In this document: positions 38,354 to 52,100 of the stretch, one piece after another
How positions within the stretch are numbered: the first letter of the stretch is position 1
How the letters are laid out: each line of letters opens with the position of its first letter
Assembly: GCF_001194135.2 (NCBI RefSeq)
Contig: NC_068990.1
Coordinates: 7,109,247-7,173,246 of the forward strand
DNA from: Octopus bimaculoides
Taxonomy: Eukaryota
Reading direction: 5' to 3'
DNA: 64,000 nt
Made by a program: the position numbers and the translations under genes
The notes under the pieces: generated by a model
The model's input: the letters and a program-made list of their open reading frames with translations, nothing else
Databases searched by the model: none
What the model was told of the DNA's origin: nothing

Positions 38354-38396
<43 letters not shown>

Positions 38397-38983
38397 ACAC
38401 ACACAGACACACACACACAGAGTTACGTTTGCAGTTTCTTGGTCCCTGAACTTCTGATGAAGTAGGTTTATTTAACATTTGGTATGGCATATCTCCGGCT
38501 TTTTAAAAGCCTGTCAGTTCCCATCCTACCCTAGGTCTGTAGAGAGCCGATTTATTCTAGAAAATAAGGAAAAGAAAATGCTGGTGAAAAACAAAGAGAA
38601 AAGTAAAAGAATTGATCACTGTACTGGACTAGTACATTATTTATCATTTACCATAAGGATAAAAGGCAACTAAACTTGAGAGTACAGAGAGCTGGAATGT
38701 CACATGACACTCTAGCCAATGCTCTAACAATTCTGTTATCTCACTACCTTGTATGGCCATATCTTCCTACCTATATATATATATACACACACACACACAT
38801 ACAATGGCCTTTTGTTTTCCATCTACTAAATCCACTCGCAAGGCCTCAATTGGCCTGAGGCTATAGTAGAAAACACTTGCCCAAGGTGCCATGCAGTGGG
38901 ACTGAACCCGGAACCATGTGGTTGGAAAGCAAGCTTCTTATTACACAGCTATGTCTTTGCCACCACATGGCCATGGCTGTGCC

Positions 38984-39016
<33 letters not shown>

Positions 39017-42000
39017 GTAACCTTGTCTAAGCGTTGTTTTCAAAATATCCTTGACTTCCAATTCAAAATGTAAGTGACATATTTATCAAAAGTAAGCAAA
39101 GAGAAATTAAATATCTTACTACAAAAGAACAGAAAAAAAAAGAACTCAAATAAAAAAAAAACATTTCTAAAACAGGTAACTAATGTAATATAGCTCTACA
39201 GATATCTTGTAGACTCTACCATTTTTGTTTTGCTGTCAAAAGTAAGTTATCTTATTAATGTTTTAAGTTGTTTTTTTTATTCACAACAAACAAATATGTT
39301 AATGCCTACTGAGTACTTATAGATGTCTCATAAAGAAATAAACCTACTATGAGATATAAGTGACTAACACTACACACAACAAAAGTGACTAACACTATAT
39401 ACATAACACTAACAGCTGACTGAATATAAAGTTTTTACAGAGATGTGTTATCATTTTTCTTTTTGGTAACATGCCAATTTCCTTTGCTCAATTTTATTTG
39501 ATAAGTTATATCAGTTATATATAGGTGCAGGAGTGGCTGTGTGGTAAGTAGCTTGCTTACCAACCACATGGTTCCGGGTTCAGTCCAATTGCGTGGCACC
39601 TTGGGCAAGTGTCTTCTACTATAGCCTTGGTGTGTGTGTATTTGTGTGTCTGTTTGTCCCCCCCAACATCGCTCGACAACCGATGCTGATATGTTTACGT
39701 CTGCGTAACTTAGCAGTTCGGCAAAAGAGACCGATAGAATAAGTCCTAGGGTCGATTTTCTCGACTAAAGGCGGTGCTCCAGCATGGCCACAGTCAAATG
39801 ACTGAAACAAGTAAAAGAGTAAAGAGTATGCTAATTTCCTTTGCTAAGCTTTATTTAATAAGTTATATCAGTTTCATTATGGACATTCCGAAAATGTATA
39901 TACTTAACACAGGGTGGCCAGATAGTCCAGCTCTTGAGCACTTTGTTCTTCATCTGACAACAACTCGAGCTGGACACTAATTTATACTCTTTTAGGAATC
40001 TGCAAAAATTTGCTGCCTTTTTATATAACAATAACATCAAAACAAGGCAAGTCTAGTTTTGTAGCAATTCTCATTCAAGTGAAATGTTAGTATTTCACCA
40101 TTTTGTCACATATTTCACTCCAACCAATAACATAGCAGTAACTTGGCAGCCATTTCTACTCCAGGTGGCCAGAATCAATCCTCACTCATCCTCTTAGCTA
40201 GCTATTGGCTCTTGGCTTGCCTTAAGAGAATACAAATTGTCTGCCTTGGTATCAAGTTTTCTTTGTCTTTGCATTCATAGAACAAATCAAATCAATCCTT
40301 CCACTGATATCAAGGAAGCAATACAAAACAGAATCACATGTATTGCAAGACACATTAAGCTGATTATTTACTTATTGCTAAAACCATGTTACTTATCTAC
40401 TTTTTCTCTTTACGTCAGGTCAAATATATTAACTCGTTCTATATTACAAATTAATCAATTAACTTTGTTAAACAAAAATACGTGAATACACATGTTCCTA
40501 AATACATCTGTATAAACTTTACTTTGGTTGATGTGGTAAACCTAGAATATATGTTTATTTAAATACTATTGATTAATGACCTTGTTCAAATTCGGTAATG
40601 TGGCAAAGAATGAAAAGCTGATATGTAATTTGTTGAGTCTAGGACATTTACCCCTGCTGGACAATAACCCACCAAGGACATTTACCCCTAAGAACAGCAG
40701 ATAATGATTTAAAATTTCTTAATATATTGGAGAGGGAGTAATTAACCAAAGGGGGTAATTGTCCTAAGGGGTAGTTGTCATTGGGGGAATTGTCCTATGG
40801 GAAGTGGGGTAATTGTTCTGATACTCTCTCTTTACAAACACAGACACACAAACACACACACACATATGTATATACAGTTCTTTCAGTTTCCGTGTACCAA
40901 ATCCACTCACAAGGCTTTGGTCGGCCCAAGGCACTTGCCCAAGATGCCACGCAGTGGGACTGAAACCGGAACCATGTGGTTGGTAAGCAAGCTACTTACC
41001 ACACAGCCACTCCTGCACCTATGAATGCTGATGATTATAATCTGTTAACTCATGTTGTAACTAGGCAGCTCTCTATTTTGACATCTGTTGATAGAATACT
41101 TAGGGAGTTCCAAAAAGTTATTTTGAAAGTCTAGGTGAGGGAAATGCTCCACAGTTCTGTGGAAGTGTTTTGAAGATGAAGAAAATTCCTGGGATTTATT
41201 GGATATCTATTTCTTCTTCCTCATCTACATGCTTCAATTGTTTTCAATCGCTGGTGAAGCACTAGAAGCCAAGTCATTCAGTGTAATTTCAGTATTTAAG
41301 TTAATGGCTGAACTGCAGAATAAAGAATAATTTTTTGGCTTGAGCACCAAGTTTAGTCAGCTTCCCCTGATAGGTATAAGAACTGTGAGGCAGATAATGT
41401 TTTTGTCTCTGAAAGAGCCATAAAGTACTTAAATGACAGGTATTGGTTTCCTGAAGACATCTTTCATAGCAAATTTGAATATAACAAAATTCTATAACTT
41501 TTGGAGAATTCTATAATGCAGTCAAGGCATGTAACTTTCAAGATATTTAAAGGATTAGCTATATGAAAAATACGTGATTGTAGAAGCAATTCCCTGTCAC
41601 ATTTTTCTTTTTTTTTTAGTTAGTGTTATTTCTTATTTGCTTCTATATAGACACGTAAAAGCACCCACTACACTCTCTGAGTGGTTGGCGTTAGGAAGGG
41701 CATCCAGCTGTGGAAACGCTGCCAAATCAGATTGGAGCCTGGTGTAGCCATCTGGTTTCACCAGTCCTCAGTCAAATCGTCCAACCCATGCTAGCATGGA
41801 AAGCGGACGTTAAACGACGNNNNNNNNNNNNNNNNNNNNNNNNNNNNNNNNNNNNNNNNNNNNNNNNNNNNNNNNNNNNNNNNNNNNNNNNNNNNNNNNN
41901 NNNNNNNNNNNNNNNNNNNNNNNNNNNNNNNNNNNNNNNNNNNNNNNNNNNNNNNNNNNNNNNNNNNNNNNNNNNNNNNNNNNNNNNNNNNNNNNNNNNN

Positions 42001-43099
42001 NNNNNNNNNNNNNNNNNNNNNNNNNNNNNNNNNNNNNNNNNNNNNNNNNNNNNNNNNNNNNNNNNNNNNNNNNNNNNNNNNNNNNNNNNNNNNNNNNNNN
42101 NNNNNNNNNNNNNNNNNNNNNNNNNNNNNNNNNAAAGACACCATTTCGAGCGTGGTCGTTGCCAGTACCGCCTGACTGGCCTACGTGCGGGTGACACGTA
42201 AAAGCACCCACTACACTCTCTGAGTGGTTGGCGTTAGGAAGGGCATCCAGCTGTAGAAACTCTGCCAAATTAGATTGGAGCCTGGTGTTGCCATCCGGTT
42301 TCACCAGTACTCAGTCAAATCGTCCAACCCATGCTAGCATGGAAGGCGGACGTTAAATGATGATGATGACGATGATGATAGAAATCAAAGGCAATGACTA
42401 CTATTCCCTTCAAACTTAGCTTTTATGAATCAGTCATTGAACTGGAAAAGAGTTCTGAGGAAATTCATCAATGTTTGAGTACTTAAGGTTTTACAGCATC
42501 AATATAAGCAAAAAATGGAACTTGTTAGAATTTTTATGCCATAAGATAATCTAAGCAAAATAATGGTTTCTTGTTTTTGTTATATGGTTTCAATTTTAGA
42601 TAAAAAAAAAATTATGAAATGCAAGATGTGATGTAATGTGTGTGTGTGTTTGTGTGTGTGTGGTAGTATTTGGAAATTTATGAGCATATATGCTCATAAA
42701 TTACCAATATTCTCATTTCTGTTAATCTAGAAATGTCCAACCCTACTCTGACAAAATTACCAAGCATGTAAGTAGCTCTAAATTGAGCTATATAAAAATG
42801 TGTACATAACCACAGAAGGTTGCAGAAGTTGACATGAAGATTTATGTCAACACATTCTAAAACATGTTTTTATAAGTTCCCCATATTTTAAACTTTCAAT
42901 GCATAATTTTAGGATATGAATGAGATTATCAAGGATCTGGTGGCTAGTAACCCAAATATTACTGAATTTGAAGAAAATCTTCGTCACTTTAGGGTAAGTG
43001 GGATCAATTTGCATTATTTTCCATTTTACTATTTTCTTTCTCATATATACATACTTCTGAAAGTTTTCTTTATCTCATTGTTTATTATTTTTTGTAACA

Positions 43100-43158
<59 letters not shown>

Positions 43159-46100
43159 CACAATGAGTAATATTTGCTGCATTTCTGACTTTAACAAAAA
43201 AAATATTTTTAAAAAATGTTCACTAACTAACAGAAGCTATATCAGCTGAGCAAATGACTGTGTTGCTGTTACAGTTTTCAATTTATTTAATTTTGTTCCA
43301 ATTGTTTATAAATTTGATGTATTGATGCAGTTTTGTCTACTAATTATGGAAATGAAATTCATTTTTGCCATAAATTAATAAATAAAATTTAATAGCTTTT
43401 AAAGTTTGCAAATTTTAGGTAATTTTAGCCAACCAAAAGCCACAAACACATTGGTTTCTGTTTCCGTAGTAACAAGCCAAGCTGTTGGTTGATCCTGGAA
43501 AGGATAGTGTATGACTGTCAGAAAAGGATACATGGTTGGAAGGTGGTACCTTTCCTCTTAGGACTGTACTGCTTTTCATGGGGCAAGTTGCTGACTTCGG
43601 TTTGGTCTTGTATTGAAGAACTGGAGATGAGCCACTATTCAGCTGTTAATTACAACTGTTATATTTGTGAAATATGTGTGAAGGACTTGCTCTGCAATCC
43701 AGTTCAGATGTGCAAACCTGGGAAGATTGTTGAGGTCGATGAAACAGTCTTCTCATGGTGTAAATACAACCAAGGAAGGGTACTTGCTACTTGAGCAGTG
43801 AATTTTCAGAGGAATCTGTTGCAAGACCAAACATGTTTTTTTTTTATGCAGTGCCATGTTGGAATAGCAACACTCTAGAGAAATGCATACAATAGTTGGT
43901 TCTTCCAGGAACCACAACTTTCAGAGAGTTGTGGAGAGCCTCCTCTCACATTCCTGATTTTGATCGTTATAATTTATCAACATAGACCAGTGAACCACAG
44001 TGTTGAGCTTATTAATTTGAAAGATAGTACCCACACACAACAAATGGGAAAAAAGCACATGAACCAGTGTAAAATGAGGGGATAAACGATGCTGTGGGAT
44101 CCATTGTTCTATAAATGACTCGTGTCTCTGCAAGATTATGTAGCACAGGAGATACAAAAATTGTAATTTGTTTGAGAAACTTGTTCGTTTTTGAATTTTC
44201 ACTACAAAAGAAAAAAATAATTGTTTACATGATCTGAACTATTACTACAGCAGTGTACAATAGACTTTTTCTGTTTTTGTAACTCTTCAAACAAAAAAAA
44301 AAATGACTTGAGGGACCACCAGACCATACAGTTTCAAGTGATTTGTGTTCATCCTCAGTGATGGATACTTGTCTGCTAGAAATAGCAGTAGTTCATTCTT
44401 GCTCACAATATATAGAAAAATAAGTGACAACAAGTCATTGATCTGCTGGTTCTGTTACTGGAAGATGGTAGGGGTTCACTCACCTGCTTGCGATATATAT
44501 ATTGGGTGCAGATTGCATCAACTAACTAGCTGGAGGAGGTGTCCTCCTGGGGTTATAATGTGGAAGTGGCAATAAACACTACTTCTCAGAATAGTTACTG
44601 GTTTCATCTCTTATAGGGATTTTATGACTAGTTAATTTGCTTGTTGCCAGATCAGTGGCTGCTGGTCACTTATTTTTCTATATATTGCAAGCTGGGACAA
44701 ATAGCTGTTATCTCTAGCAGGCATGTATCCACCACTGAAGCTGAGCACGAATAGCTCAAAACCGTATGGTCTGGTGGTCTCATTGTTGGAAGATGGTAGG
44801 GGTTTGCTCCCTGCCTGCAATACATATTGGATGCAATTTGCACCAACTAACCAGGTGGAGGAGGCATTCTTCTGGGGTTAAAACAGTAGTGATGCCGGTT
44901 CCTACAGAACAGCCATGTTAAAATGACTATGCATATTACATCTCAGTATAGTTTCTGCTTTCATTTCTTATAGAGATTTTCTGACAAGCTAATTTGCTTA
45001 TATTTATATATATAAATATATATATATATATATAAAAAAAACTTGTAAGTGAATTATGTGATCTGTATAATTATTTCTCTATAAACCATGGGATCCTTGC
45101 TGTGAAAATATAATGCTGCACAATGCAATAATAGTTTAGTGTTTAGTTTTATGACTAGCATATGCATATAAATTACATAAGAGAATTAATTGAATAAATG
45201 AGTGATACGATTATGAAATACAAATTAGTTATCAACTGAATAGTTAGCTGATTACCTCATTGAACCCAGTAACTTATTTCTTCTATGGCTGAACAAAGTG
45301 TCCACTTGTAATACTTCAATAGTATCACCATTTCAATAATGCTCTCATCAATAGAAGATACAAGATGTCGTTCAGGATGTCGTATAAATAATTTTGTTTA
45401 TTTGAGTATATGATAAATGTAATTTTGTATTCAGTTAATTCGATTTCATTGCATAAAGGATAATTACAAAACATGATTAATTGCTTAACTTTTCAAACCA
45501 TATAACTGTTTCGCACCAAATCTATTTAAAATTGATCGTTGTGCAAATCAAGTTAATTGCAATTAATTGCATAATATCCTTCTAGTTTTATTTTTTTCTG
45601 ACAGTTGGATAACCTTCCGGTCCTTGTGCATATAAAATGGTGGACAACAAAGATAAACACTGAAAACAAGTGATAATAATTGGCGATGGCAGAAACATTA
45701 CCGTTCAGCTTTCAGGTCCCGAGTGAACGTGTTTATCTGCCTTCCAGCAATGACCGTGTTCATGATTTAGGTGCATTTACGGACTTTATTATTCAGTATA
45801 TTGTTCTATTACCTCATCTGGGATGCTCCCTCCAACATCCTGGATGCTGTAGTAAATGGGAGGGTCATTGCTTCCGTAGCCGAATGGAACAAGATTCTGA
45901 AGCATTGGGACCTGTCAGTGAACTGTCTCTTCCAACTTGTGGTGTTTGAGACGTTTGGAGGGGTGAAGCTCTTGTCATTGTTGGCAGCTCGCCTTACCTA
46001 GGTGTTGGGTGATGCCCATGAAGGTGGTTGGCTGGTCCAATGCCTTAGCCTCACCATCGCCTGTCGTAATGCCACAAATGTATTGGCTTGCTTCACTAGG

Positions 46101-49100
46101 TTCTACTGAACCATGTGATGTGTGACCAATTGAGGCACTCGATGTTGCATTGATGTGTTTTTCCTTTTCCTTTTTTTTATTTGTTTTTCTTATTTTCTTT
46201 CCTTATTTCGCTTTTTCCAGTTTTACTTTTGGATATTGAATAAATAGATATGTATACAACAACATTTCATATGTGTTACATATGATTGATTTTACTGATA
46301 TTATAAAATCATATTTTTAACATACACATGGTATTAGGTTAACATGCACTTTACCGTCATAAACGAAATTTATAGTAAATTGTAAAAAAAATTGAAGAAA
46401 ATTGTGATAAATATTGGGAGTGATGAGAGTCAAATGGATCTTGGCAAAAAAGAAATTGACTCATATAGTCTGAGTGAATCTACAACAATGACACCACAGT
46501 TCTTTCTCATTGTTCATACAAGATTATTGCATGGCTTCTTGCATGGCTTAGATATAGCTGTGTTTGCTATCATGTGTCGTTATGCAAACAACAGAATTGC
46601 CTTCTCAGTAGTATTTATTACTGGATATAATACTTTGTGCTGTCTGTCCTTTATTCCTAAGTGCAGAAATCCGAGTGCAAAAGTGTATTTCTATTATTAT
46701 GTTCGAAAACACACTGAAAGTTAAATTATTATTGTTAGTTGTTTGATATTTTATATTTACGAACATAGAGAAAATAATTCAAAATTAGCAAAACGTTGTA
46801 TACAATGGCTCTTTCCTGTTTGACTGCCACTTTTCAATTTCTTTAATTTTTGTCCCAATTGATTTCATATTTGATGTGTTGCTGTAGTTTTGTATGGTAA
46901 TCTTTGGCAGGACATTCATTTTCACCATAAATCAATAAATAAAGGGTTAATAGCTTTTAAAATTTGCAAATTTTGGGTAATTTTAGCCAATTGAAAGCCA
47001 CAAATATGTAGCTGCGTGTTTCCATAGTAACAAGCTTACCCATGTAGTTTTTGCTTACTAAATGCTTAAAACACAGGTGGCCGTGATATGTGCTAAAATA
47101 ATAGCTAAATAGGACTTAAATCACTCACCAAATTTCTTCCCGTTTTTGCATAATATGAATTCCTGTGTGTAGAATACAAATTTGCAAAACTCTCCTGAAA
47201 ATTCTAAAAAATAGAAAAGCTGTATGGCAGGCATAAAGCAAAATATGCCAACATTTCATTTTTTTTACAGTTGACAACTGTGGTCAGGCACAAAATAACA
47301 ACATCCAAATCCTGTTTTCTGACTGGGTAAAAATAATCAAAAGAATTTTCTGGAAGATGTGAATTTGCCCCTGAGATTCAGCTTAGAGAATTACATCAAT
47401 ACACCAATTTTTTTAATTTTCACTAAACTTCGAAATATCCACAGATGCAGCCAATCAGAAAAAATCCCATAAAACTGATTTATCAGTTAGATATTCTGAA
47501 AGCTTTTGTTTTTTACAATAAGTTAAATTAATGAGTGTTAGACAGTACTTCAGGCAGCCAAATGTACTATTCATGTTATTCTTAGTATTTTAAATGATTA
47601 AAGATTGTCAAAATCCAGAAGCAGTGTAATTTCTTTTTAATTATTATTTACAACAGAGTATTGAATTTATTTAAAAAATAAATCTTCCTTGTAGATAAAA
47701 TTTGTAAAAAGCTAGGTTGTTTTCATTTTCGATTATATCAATTAGACTTTGATTGCTAATTAATTTTCTTTTCTTTAATGCCATTAAGCTAAAAAGTATT
47801 TGAAAGTCCATTGATGCATGAATCTGGCTAAACTTCATTAATTGAAGAATACCAAAGGGAATGGTAAAACCACAATAAGTAAAACATTCAACATAAGATG
47901 ATAGTTTGGAAACTGGAACAAAAGTAAATACTGTCTGATGGAATATGGAGTAAAGTAATATGAGATTCATACATTGATTGTAGCTTTGCCAGCAGAAAAA
48001 TATAGAGAACTGAAAAAAATTAGTGACTTTATTGCAATGATTTCCATCAGTTACCCTATGATTAGTTGAGTAGGTATGATTAAATATGAAAAGACTTAAG
48101 CAAATCTTGACTCAAACTTCTAAAAAAAAAATGAATGATTGTCAGGTAATTGTTGTGCATTAGAAGTATTTATAGCAGATATTTACAGAAGAAAGTTTAG
48201 GAAATAATGATAATAATAATCCTTTCTGCTGTAGTCACAAGGCACAAAATATTGTGGGGAGGGGCTAGTTGATTACATTGACCCCAGTGCTCAACTGTTA
48301 CTTAGTTTATTGATCTTGAAAAAATGAAAGGTAAAGTCAACCTAGGCAGGATTTGGACTCAGAACGTAAAAATGGACGAAATGCTTCTAAGCATTTTGCC
48401 TGGTGCAGTAATGATTCTGGCAATAATAATAAAGGCTGGTTTGAGAACATTGAACCTCATAAAAGATAGAATTGGTATTTTTATGAATACAATGGATTGC
48501 AAATATGTTCAGATTTGCTAGTTTGATCGTTGATAGTAATACTCTTTGCTCTTTACTCTCTTTTACTTGTTTCAGTCGTTTGACTGTGGCCATACTGGTG
48601 CACCACCTTTAGTCAAGCAATTCAACCCCAAGACTTATTCTTTGTAAGCCTAGTACTTATTCTATCGATCTGTTTTGCCGAACTGCTAAGTTACGGGGAT
48701 GTAACCACACCAGCATCGGTTGTCAAGCGATGTTGGGGGGACAAACACAGATACACAAACATACACACACACACATATATATATATATACATATATACGA
48801 CGGGCTTCTTTCTGTTTCCTTCTACCAAATCCACTCACAAGGCTTCAATGTTATTTACTTTTGTCAATTTACATGATGTTTTTTTTTTTAGAGTTTACAA
48901 CAAGAAATTGAGCAGATTGAATCCAGCTACACTATTGGACCAATAGAAATGATGACAGAAAACTTAAAAACATCCCTTGGTACAGAAGTCAAAGCTTGGG
49001 AATATTCATATGCAAAGGCTCTAAATGAAATCTCTGCACAAAAGATGAATACTGTCTTCTCTTTCTTTGATCGTATGATGAAAAGCTTGTCCCACCCCGT

Positions 49101-52100
49101 TAAAGATCTGGATGATGTACGTTCACTGATGGCAGCCATAAATGAAGGAAAAGAAGCTGAAGTGTCAGTTGAATTTAATTTCATTCCCATAGAAGAGGCT
49201 TATTCTTTATTACATAAGTATGGCATTGTTTTTAATGATGGAAATGCTGAACGCCTTGATTCATTTGCCTATCTGTTTTCAAAAGTGAAAACTCAGGTAA
49301 AACATTTTTTTATATTATATGCTACTTGTGCATTACTTGTTGTTTTATGAATGGAATAATTTCTCATTTCACTGAAGCATAATTAAATATTAGGAAACAA
49401 GGAAAAGTTAAACATATTAGATATAAAATACACACCACACTTATCCTTGATAGCATTCATGTCTTGGCTATCTAAACATAGTGGAGTCCATTCCTCCCCA
49501 GCTCTAACTTTAGGAGAAGGAAGAAGAGAGGGAGATGTAGATGGAAAGGAAGATTTATCAACTGGTACCGTATTTATTGACCACCAAAGGGATGTGAAGG
49601 CAGGGTGTCCCAAGAAATGTATGCACATATTCATTTCTACTCTAAGCACTAAGCCCGAAATTTTGGGGGAGGGGCCAGTCGATTAGATCGACACCAGTAT
49701 GCAACTGGTACTTAATTTATCGAGTCTGAAAGGATGAAAGGCAGAGTCGATCTCAGTGGAATTTGAATTCAAAACAGAAAGACAGACGGAATATCGCTAA
49801 ACATTTTGCCCCATGTGCTAATGTTTCTTCTTTCTTTATTGCCCACAGGGGGCAAAACATAGAGGGGACAAACAAGGACAGACAAAGGGATTAAGTCAAT
49901 TACATCGACCCAGTGCATAACTGGTACTTAATTTATTGACCCTGAAAGGATGAAAGGCAAAGTCAACCTCGGCGGAATTTGAACTCAGAACGTAACGATA
50001 GGCAGACGAAATACCGCTAAGCATTTCGTCCGGCGTGCTAGTGTTTGTGCCAGCTCACCACCTTAATGTATACACATATCAACAGCAGATTTTATCCATT
50101 AACAATAATGAAGGGAGCCAAACTAAGCTTTGAACTAAGAAAATTTATTCTAATTCTGCCTGCCCTTATATAATGTGGCGTACCTGTCTACCTTCTCATT
50201 AGCAAGATATCTGTGTCTGTTCCTCTATCATACTTTAGCTTCTCAACAGGTGTCATCAGAACACCTCCAAATTTACTACCACTCTTCTCAGTTTTCCTTT
50301 GTCTTGCAAGCTATTTGGTAGCATCACAAAGTTGGTGGGGCACATTTGTTTATATATATGCATTGCTTTAACATAACTATTATGAACTTTCAGTACTCCA
50401 CATTATATAAGGGCAGGCAGAATTAGCTGGAAAGAAGACATTTTTGTCTTTTCAGCTACTCCCATCTACCCTTATATAATGCAGTGAACCATTTATCTTT
50501 GGTGGTGAGAAGGTGTAAGAATGTACCTTCAAGATACAAGAAGACAAGCATAAGTATGAATACAGACAGAGGATCAAGAAGGATAGGTGGACATGTTTGT
50601 AATGGTGTGAGAAGAGAGTGACACATAATTAGAGCTGTTGGTAAAGGTGAAAATAGTGAATGATGAACAATGGAGATGTGATTGATGATAAATATTTTTT
50701 TCCATAATTCACCAATTTTTAGATATCAGCTATCTTTTCCTGATGTACTACAACCTATTTGCTGCCTAAAAAGTGTAAAATATAATTAAAAAATCTTTCC
50801 CAACTAAACACTGGCTGAAGTTGACTAATGGACTCACAATGGATAAATATCATATCTTTTCAGCTTAGTACACATACTATGTGTTGTTGTTAGATTGTTA
50901 TTATAATGTTTGAGATGTCTGATAGCATTTTATGAATAATAATCATCTTCATTGTTGCTATTAAGTCTGCTGCATCCATTTTTATTGGTGACATTGTTGT
51001 CATTATTTAACCCTTCAGCATTCAATTTATTTTGTCAAAAGTAATAAATTAATCATACATTGTTTTGTAGCTTGGCGATTTTGATGAGGTTACTGTTAAT
51101 TTTGAGAATGATATTGTTGGGTTGGTGTGAGAGGCTATCTCTGGCTGATTCGAACATGAAGCTTGTAGAATATTTTGGCAAGATATGGCCAGATTAAATG
51201 CTAAAGGATTAAGCCCCTAATTTTTTGGTTAGCATTGATGTGAAAGGCCTATAATATGGTATAAAATATTTCTCTATTATTTCATCTGTGCAGTTCAACA
51301 TCTTTGTGAAACTCTAAATCCAAACATGCTATTTCTTTCCTCAGCATCTTTTAACCTCCATTTTCCATGCTGGCATGGGTTAGTCTTTCTTACTTTCAAT
51401 TCATATTTATAAATTTTTATGGATTAAATGCACTGCTGTCATTGCCAAACATTCAGTTGGATACTCTTATTTTATTACTTGCTGGATTAGGACTCACTGA
51501 CATAATTCATTTAAGTTTTATGTGCAAAACAAAAGCAAAACATTGAAGGAATGGACTAAGGACTAAATGAATAAATTACAGTTTTGAATGTAAATTCTGT
51601 CATTCATTCATTCTTTCTTCCATCTCAGGGAATTACATGGATTAGATTCTATAGTTTTACACTAAATATGAGACATTTGAGTCTTTAGATAATACTTGAA
51701 TACTTCATTTGCTATTTTTCTGACCCAAGTCATTTTTAATACTGACTACAGTTTGAAGAAAAAGTATGAGTGATTTGTGATACATAGTTGTCAAGAACCC
51801 AGTAAAGTTAGAAATATTCATTGCTTTGCTATACTTTTCCTTTTTATATTGATATTCCTTCATTCAATTTCTTTAATGTTTGGCTAAAAACTGATCAAAT
51901 ACTACATTAGCTTATTCAAATGGCTACCTACATGGAGAAGTGCAATAATGTGAGATGTTGTTGACGATCCTGATCTGAATCCATTTTGATTTGGTCGCAA
52001 TTGTTTGTCTATCTGAGGTTGTATTTGGTTAAGTATCATCTTGTTGACTGTTTTTGAAACAATGGATGACAGACTGATTCCTCTGTAATTCCCAGTATCG

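Noticed and set aside
41650-42378. Apparent tandem duplication of the RTE 3' UTR repeat
   Set aside because: Copies flank a gap and belong to a very abundant family; could be an assembly effect.
45680-46140. GC-richer stretch with 76-89 aa ORFs
   Set aside because: No recognisable motif; probably a decayed LINE 3' region but not supportable from sequence alone.
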